Assembly: GCA_965603825.1 (NCBI GenBank)
Contig: CBFDEM010000053.1
Coordinates: 1,364,001 to 1,428,000 of the forward strand
Direction: 5' to 3'
DNA: 64,000 nt
Source of the DNA: Blepharisma stoltei ATCC 30299
Taxonomy: Eukaryota > Protista > Ciliophora
The position numbers and the translations under genes are program-made. Below, one piece after another: positions 59,925-64,000 of the stretch. The notes beneath the pieces were generated by a model that was given only the letters and a program-made list of their open reading frames with translations, was not told the DNA's origin and did not search any database. The first letter of the stretch is position 1, and every line of letters starts with the position of its first letter.

Positions 59925-60953
59925 ATGCTGGCAAAAGTTCTGTGTCGCAGCTTCACAGCTCACAAACCTCCTGTAAGGATTGCAGTCACAGGCGGCTCTG
60001 GTCAGATTAGTTACAGTCTATTATTCCGCTTAGCAAGTGGTGCATTACTTGGTCCTCACCAACCTATCATCCTCCAAATCCACGATCTCCCTATGATGCA
60101 GCAAGCTCTTAGAGGTGTCGTAATGGAGCTTCACGATTGTGCTTTCCCTCTTCTCCACGACGTTATTGCAACTGATGTCCAAAGCACCGTCTTTACTGAC
60201 GTAGACTATGCCTTCTTAGTCGGATCCAAGCCAAGAGGCCCAGGAATGGAAAGAGGCGACTTGCTCAAGCAAAACGGAGAAATTTTCGTCAAGGTAGGAG
60301 AAGACCTAAATAAGTATGCTAAAAAGACCTGCAGAGTGATTACAGTCGGAAACCCAGCCAACACCAACTGTTTAATTGCCCAGTCCCATGCTCCTGACAT
60401 TCCTAAACAAAACTTTTCAGCAATGACTAGACTTGACCATAACAGAGCTCTGAGCCAGCTTGCTCTTAAAGCAGAAGTTCCAGTGACTTCGGTCAGCCAC
60501 GTCTGCATTTGGGGAAACCACTCTTCAACTATGTTCCCTGATGCAAGCCACGTAAAGGTTTCCGGAAATGCAGGACATGCTAAATTTACTCAGGAGTTTA
60601 TAGAGAATGAGTTCATCCCAACTGTACAACAGAGAGGAGCAGCTATTATTGCAGCTAGAAAGTTATCAAGTGCGGCATCAGCGGCGAATGCAGCGATTGA
60701 TCACATGAGAGACTGGACCTTTGGAACTCATGGAGGATGGGTCAGTATGGCAGTTCCTAGCGAGCTGTACCATGGAGCTTATGGAGTCCCTGATGGGCTG
60801 ATTTTCTCATATCCACTTACAATTGACGGTTCTGGACATTATCATTTAGTGAGAGACTTGCCCACAAACAGCTTTGTGACTGAAAAACTTAGACTCACTA
60901 TTGACGAGCTGCAAAAGGAGAAACAAGAAGTCCAGCATTTACTTAAAAAATAA
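59925..60953 (+). CDS. MDH: NAD-dependent malate dehydrogenase (cytosolic/Thermus-like clade) with a short presequence-like N-terminus
   Basis: VAVTGxxGQI-type start ([15 protein letters not shown]), [45 protein letters not shown]. Confidence 0.93.
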   Translation: MLAKVLCRSFTAHKPPVRIAVTGGSGQISYSLLFRLASGALLGPHQPIILQIHDLPMMQQALRGVVMELHDCAFPLLHDVIATDVQSTVFTDVDYAFLVGSKPRGPGMERGDLLKQNGEIFVKVGEDLNKYAKKTCRVITVGNPANTNCLIAQSHAPDIPKQNFSAMTRLDHNRALSQLALKAEVPVTSVSHVCIWGNHSSTMFPDASHVKVSGNAGHAKFTQEFIENEFIPTVQQRGAAIIAARKLSSAASAANAAIDHMRDWTFGTHGGWVSMAVPSELYHGAYGVPDGLIFSYPLTIDGSGHYHLVRDLPTNSFVTEKLRLTIDELQKEKQEVQHLLKK

Positions 60954-61509
60954 ATAGAATTATTGAAATCTGGCATAAATTGGCTAAGATGTTTTTAATT
61001 AAAATACCATTAGGAAACACTCATAAGATAATCGAGGTAGCTGCTCGAAATAAGTAAATGGGAAATACAAAGTAAAAGTAGCAATGGAATAAAAGAAATG
61101 CCATTCGCTTTGATTATTAACCTTTCATGTAAAATAACACTAATTTTAATTAAAACTTAAACCCAGCATGAACTTAATATAATGGGTCAAAATTTATGAA
61201 AAGAAGAAAAGTAGAATATTTGAATTTTTTAAACAAAGAAAAATGACGATTCGTATTAAATTATGTCAATTATCTCTCTGTTAATAAATATAATTATAAG
61301 AATAAAAACTCATTTGGGTAAACAACCTCTATTTTATATATTAGCTTTAAATATATAAAAAATCTATCTAATAAACCTAAATTTAAAAAATATTCATCAA
61401 AAAGTTACAAAATTTTTTTATTATAAAATTTGCACAATATTTTTTATCCAAAAATTTTGTAAACTCAAGGATAGAATTTTTCATCTCGAGTAAAATAAAT
61501 TTATTAAAA

Positions 61510-62724
61510 ATGGGGGATGCCATCCCAGATCATATATGCCACGATCACGCTCAAAACTTCTACGACTGCTCTTGCTGCTTGCAAAATTATGCTCAATTCA
61601 ACTCCCAGCTAATCTACAATAAAAAGCTTATGAAAATAAAATGCGATGAGCAGCTAGAAATAAAAAAATATTTAGCCAAAATTCACTCACTAGAAACCAA
61701 GCTTCGTACTTCTGCAGAAGAAAAAACACAAGGCTATTTATGCCCTACAAGAAAAGTCAAAAACCAGAGACTTGTAGACTATTTAAAAGAGCTTCCTCTT
61801 CCTCACGTGTTTTTTAATATCTGCAAAGACCAAGAACTTGCTATGGCATTTTTACTTAGGTCTGGGATTTTTCCAGAGTCCAGGAAATGCAAAAGCTGCA
61901 TTGATGAAAATGGCTACTACAAAGAAATGAATTTTGAGTATAATGGGTATATGGGGTATTTATTTAGATGCGAAAAATGTGGTGTGAAATATAACGTAAA
62001 AGAGGGGACTTATTGGGAAAAATGTTCATTTACTATAGAAAAAATCGTCCTTTTTATGTTTCTGTGGGTATGCTATATGAAAGACAATGAAGTCGCGCAG
62101 CTGCTGGATGTAACTCCTTCTTGCATCTCCAAGCTATCAAGAAAGCTGAGGAAACTCGTGGTAAGTGACTTTCTCTCATCATTCACACCATTTACAGGCG
62201 TAGTCGAAATAGGAACCATAAACTTTGTCCGCAGAAAAATAGAAATTGGGAAAGGAAAAACTCCTCAAAAATGAATTATGATTCTCTTCGAAAGAGGCAG
62301 CAAAAACTGCTATATAGAATGTTTGCCAAGAAGAAGCCCAGAATATATTGTCCCTATAATCCAAAAGCGCTGCGAAGTAGGGACTGTTGTGATTACTGAT
62401 AAGCTGGGCTGTTACGGAAGACTAGAAGACTATGGATTCCCACACTATCAGCTTGACAAATCAAGAGGATTCGAAGACCCTGACAATAAATTCATCCACC
62501 ATAATAACCTCAATAATATTTGACTTTGGACGAAATATGATATAAAAAATAGATACAGGACAGCTCCATTTTTGCAAGAACTTTTATTTGAATGGGTATG
62601 GAGAAGAGCACATAGGATGAATATGGCCAGGTCAGAGTTTCCAATGGAGAGCATGGCGATTTTTCAAAGCCTGATTGAACTGATCAAGAAAAAGCAAGCT
62701 CAAAAAGAAATTTTATTAGATTAA
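61510..62724 (+). CDS. Merlin/IS1595 (ISXO2-like) transposase-derived protein with an incomplete DDE triad (404 aa)
   Basis: ORFs joined by TGA 62272 and 62521, both at positions where this family has Trp. CxxC...CxxC Zn ribbon, GT.WE, HTH (VAQLLDVT), G.VEIG, ER...CY, GTVVITD, F.DP....H.N....W, E..WR. No terminal inverted repeats seen. Confidence 0.8.
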
Positions 62725-62910
62725 CTATAGTGTTTAAATTAGCACAGGGTATGCAATGATCCACACATAAAAATGTCGATTTTTTTATAATTTAATATTT
62801 GAATATCGTATTTACAAGCTTATAGCAGAGGCTTAATGTGATTAATTATCTTTGTGATTTTCTATGATAATATATATAAGAAAAGATTTAAGCTTGGCGA
62901 GATAATTAAT

Positions 62911-64000
62911 ATGGTAAAGAGTTTAGTCCTTCTTCTCTTTACATTACTCAGCCTAGCATGTGCCATCAACAATAAATTCCTTGCAGATAAAATTCTTTCA
63001 GCTGATGGAAACCCGTATGTGGTTACTAAAGTTACTACTTCCACATATGGGATTGTTGCATTAGCTCAACTCTCCTTAACCAGTTATCAAGCAGCTTCGG
63101 AACAAGTCATCCAGAGCCTCACAATCTCAATTCAATTCGACACTAATACTCGAGTTAGAGTCAAAATCACTGATACTGATAATGAAAGGTGGGAAGTTCC
63201 TATATCAATCCCCTCTTATACTCCATCAGGGCAAAATCTTCAATACACGATTTCTCCTATAGTGGAAGGCCCTCTCTCTATACAAATTACAAGAAATTTA
63301 GACAAAAAGGTTGTCTTTAACTTAAACCCAGCTCAGCCATTCTTCTATAATAATCAAGATATAGGATTTTCTAATTATGTAGGATATCCTATAAGTGTTA
63401 TAGGGCTCGGCGAAAGAGTTTCAACTTTTGTGCTGGCTCAAGGAACTTATACTCTATATTCACGTGACAGAGGTTCACCTATCGATACCGGAAGTACGCC
63501 GGACTCAAATATGTATAGTTCTCAGCCATTTTACCTTGCAATTGACGATGACCTCGCTGCTCATGGAGCTTTATTGCTGAACTCCAATGCGATGTCAGCA
63601 ACAGTTGGGGAAAATTATGTTGAGTTTAGAACTACTGGAGGAATTATTGATTTCTATGTATTCGTTGGCCCAGAGCCAGAAGCCGTGATAAATCAGTATC
63701 ATGACCTCATTGGCTATCCCGTTTTAACTCCTTGGTGGGGCTTAGGATGGCACCAATGCCGATACGGATTCCAAAACATTTCGGTTGTTGAAGAAGTTAC
63801 CAATGATTACACTTACTATGACATTCCTCTAGATGTCATGTGGATTGATATCGACTATATGAACGAATTCCAAGATTTCACATTAAATCCTGTAACCTAC
63901 CCTCAAGCAAACTTCACAAAATGGATAAACCAGCTCCACTCATCGAACAAGCATTTTGTTCCTATTACAGACGCAGGAATTGGTGTAAATCCATCATATC
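62911..64000 (+). CDS. GH31 lysosomal-type alpha-glucosidase, 5' part; runs off the window edge
   Basis: Signal peptide; RWEVP, GLGER, NMYSSQPFYL, LLNSNAM, GGIIDFY, PWWGLGWHQCRYG, IPLDVMWIDIDYM. Confidence 0.92.
   Translation, partial: MVKSLVLLLFTLLSLACAINNKFLADKILSADGNPYVVTKVTTSTYGIVALAQLSLTSYQAASEQVIQSLTISIQFDTNTRVRVKITDTDNERWEVPISIPSYTPSGQNLQYTISPIVEGPLSIQITRNLDKKVVFNLNPAQPFFYNNQDIGFSNYVGYPISVIGLGERVSTFVLAQGTYTLYSRDRGSPIDTGSTPDSNMYSSQPFYLAIDDDLAAHGALLLNSNAMSATVGENYVEFRTTGGIIDFYVFVGPEPEAVINQYHDLIGYPVLTPWWGLGWHQCRYGFQNISVVEEVTNDYTYYDIPLDVMWIDIDYMNEFQDFTLNPVTYPQANFTKWINQLHSSNKHFVPITDAGIGVNPSY

Noticed and set aside
1788-60508. Numerous 60-160-aa ORFs antisense to or nested in long genes (e.g. 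1788..2111, 4656..5132, 8606..8851, 31240..31653, 60206..60508)
   Set aside because: Shadow ORFs of real genes. The similarity between 1788..2111 and 8606..8851 just mirrors the duplicated NBD on the other strand.
60954-62910. Intact mobile Merlin element around the transposase-like gene
   Set aside because: No terminal inverted repeats or 8-9-bp target duplication found, and the catalytic triad is broken; reported as a CDS instead.
1-64000. Bacterial (Mycoplasma-type) or mitochondrial origin suggested by UGA=Trp and dense packing
   Set aside because: Rab11, HECT, cyclin, V0 a-subunit and GT-AG introns are nuclear eukaryotic features.
1-64000. UGA as selenocysteine or cysteine; UAR as glutamine
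   Set aside because: UGA aligns with Trp, not Cys. No in-frame TAA/TAG occurs outside the two introns, and I saw no SECIS-like element.

Overview
AT-rich, gene-dense (about 85% coding) eukaryotic DNA that reads as the somatic (macronuclear) genome of a heterotrich ciliate, most likely Blepharisma-like (inference). Two properties break the supplied ORF track. (1) UGA is read as Trp: I count 42 in-frame TGA, several aligning with TGG in tandem paralogs, and all 24 complete genes end in TAA (22) or TAG (2). (2) There are 15-nt GTAAT...AG spliceosomal introns. Re-reading with these rules gives 26 genes: a voltage-sensor-type adenylyl-cyclase-like gene (partial), two tandem ABCA transporters, Rab11, a FAM136A-like protein, a 7TM(GPCR)-PIP-kinase fusion only 8 nt downstream of a V-ATPase a-subunit gene, a J-domain protein, a 4060-aa SPRY/CUB-like/HECT ligase with no UGA codon, a signal-peptide SET-like protein, a Kip/KRP-type CDK inhibitor, a G6Pase-like PAP2 phosphatase, a Cys-rich surface protein, a PHO80-like cyclin, a CFAP97-domain protein, two tandem 7TM-RGS proteins whose G-alpha contact residues are replaced, CNNM, a Kelch-TPR protein, MDH, a Merlin/IS1595-derived gene with a broken DDE triad, a GH31 glucosidase (partial) and four coiled-coil/unknown genes. 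The most interesting candidates are the receptor-fusion genes hidden by the code (GPCR-PIPK next to V-ATPase a; degenerate 7TM-RGS pair). All family calls come from motif recognition by eye; no searches were run.
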